Shown one piece after another: positions 63,010-64,000 of a stretch of 64,000 nucleotides of DNA. Position numbers and translations under genes: made by a program. The notes below the pieces were generated by a model. The model was given only the letters and a program-made list of their open reading frames with translations. It had not been told where the DNA came from and made no database searches. Origin of the DNA: Calcarisporiella thermophila CBS 279.70 (lineage: Eukaryota > Fungi > Calcarisporiellomycota); assembly GCF_041956535.1 (NCBI RefSeq), contig NW_027192194.1, positions 1,147,531 to 1,211,530 on the forward strand, read 5' to 3'. Each line of letters begins with the position of its first letter. Positions within the stretch are counted from its first letter, which is position 1.

Positions 63010-64000
63010 TTAAGCGATAATTTCCTCGCTCCTCACTCGCCAAAGCACATGACGTCTCTCGCCAGCATCTAATCCACATTCGCTCAGTGCTCGCCGTATC
63101 TTTCTCCTACGTGCATTCAGAAGCGCATCCACACGATCCGAATGAGGGCGGCCCGAAGTGCCGGATTGAGGAGCGGCCACGGAGGCAAGGATGTCTGCCA
63201 CGAGCATGTCTTGTTTGATGAGAAATTCGCCGACGCTGGCAATCGTCTCGCAGACGGTCTGCAGTAGCAGAATCGGGAAGCTAAGGAAAACCCTATTTTA
63301 GCGCGATCAGCGGTTGAAAGACTCAGTCATGCATCCTTACTTTCTGGGATCCTTCAGCAGCATTCTCAGTCGTCCCGATGCCCACAGGGAAGACCATTTA
63401 TTCATTTTATGCTGCTGAAGCTGTTGCTCACGATGGTGTTCGAGCTCCTGAAGCAGCGATATCCGAATGGCTTCTTCGACACGAGGCGAAAGATTGGAAC
63501 TGCTGGCTGAGCGACTAATTTGGTGAGAAAGGGCTTGTTCGACGGATGCCAATGATGGCCCATCCACCTATTTTCACAATGATCACGAATTAGAATCGAT
63601 CGCGAATGCTAATGATCGAGTTCATCCCATCATTACCGGATGCTTGGAGCCGAAATTGCGCATCTCCAAGATTTCCTTACATAAATCCTGCCAGAATGCC
63701 GAGAGGGTAAGGGACAAATGGTCTACCCCGGGGCCGTTATTTCTGTTCAGCGCGTCTAACGATAATTCGTCCATCTCCCTCTCTGTCGCCCCCACGCTCT
63801 CGACTCCGTTCAATTCATGATAATTTTCCTCAGTGACCAAATCATTGGGGTGATCTGCTTCACTTGTCGAAGGTGACAAGATGGAGGGTGAAGAGAGTGC
63901 ATCTGGCGAGAGGAGATTCCAGTCTTCCTCGCTGAGGCTCGCCCATTGGCCGCCAGCATGCACCAGGTTTGCAGAGGGAGAAGTCCGAACCCAACCATCA
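63010..64000 (-). CDS. Hypothetical protein, 3' part (runs off the window); at least 3 exons
   Basis: ORFs 63622-63963, 63337-63567 and 63010-63207 join through GT-AG introns (..KHP-VDGP.., ..DPRN-FPIL..). No family recognised. Confidence 0.65.

Noticed and set aside
1-64000. tRNA/rRNA genes, CRISPR arrays, secondary-metabolite cluster, selenocysteine or stop-readthrough recoding
   Set aside because: None recognised by eye: no backbone enzyme, and the reconstructed genes need no in-frame stops. A covariance-model scan would be needed to exclude ncRNAs.

Overview
Eukaryotic, intron-rich, gene-dense window. The gene content (fungal-type amino acid permease, Pmc1, Crz1-like zinc fingers, two-rod-repeat alpha-actinin, plus animal-like LMBR1 and MCFD2) points to an early-diverging fungus; the species cannot be fixed from sequence alone. 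About 26 protein genes were reconstructed by hand with canonical GT-AG introns: amino acid permease, DUF2011-like, sphingolipid desaturase, F-box, TilS, NDK, Trm10, Sas10/Utp3, Pmc1 Ca-ATPase, a P5-type ATPase, LMBR1-like, GH20 hexosaminidase, MCFD2-like, MARVEL-like, Crz1-like, SDR, alpha-actinin, SGNH/PC-esterase-like, multi-BRCT Dpb11/TopBP1-like and several hypotheticals. Also present are a decayed Tc1/mariner element with ~215-bp TIRs, a Ty3/gypsy integrase relic, perfect palindromes and a 630-nt N gap. The most notable items are (1) a 1441-aa P5-type ATPase spliced in frame to a signal peptide and a 13-Cys ectodomain, with a non-canonical SPLLP M4 motif, and (2) a 105-aa orphan ORF with a KEN box, a D-box-like motif and a C-terminal MR tail, the design of Mes1/OSD1-type APC/C inhibitors. 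All family assignments come from recognised motifs, not from database searches.
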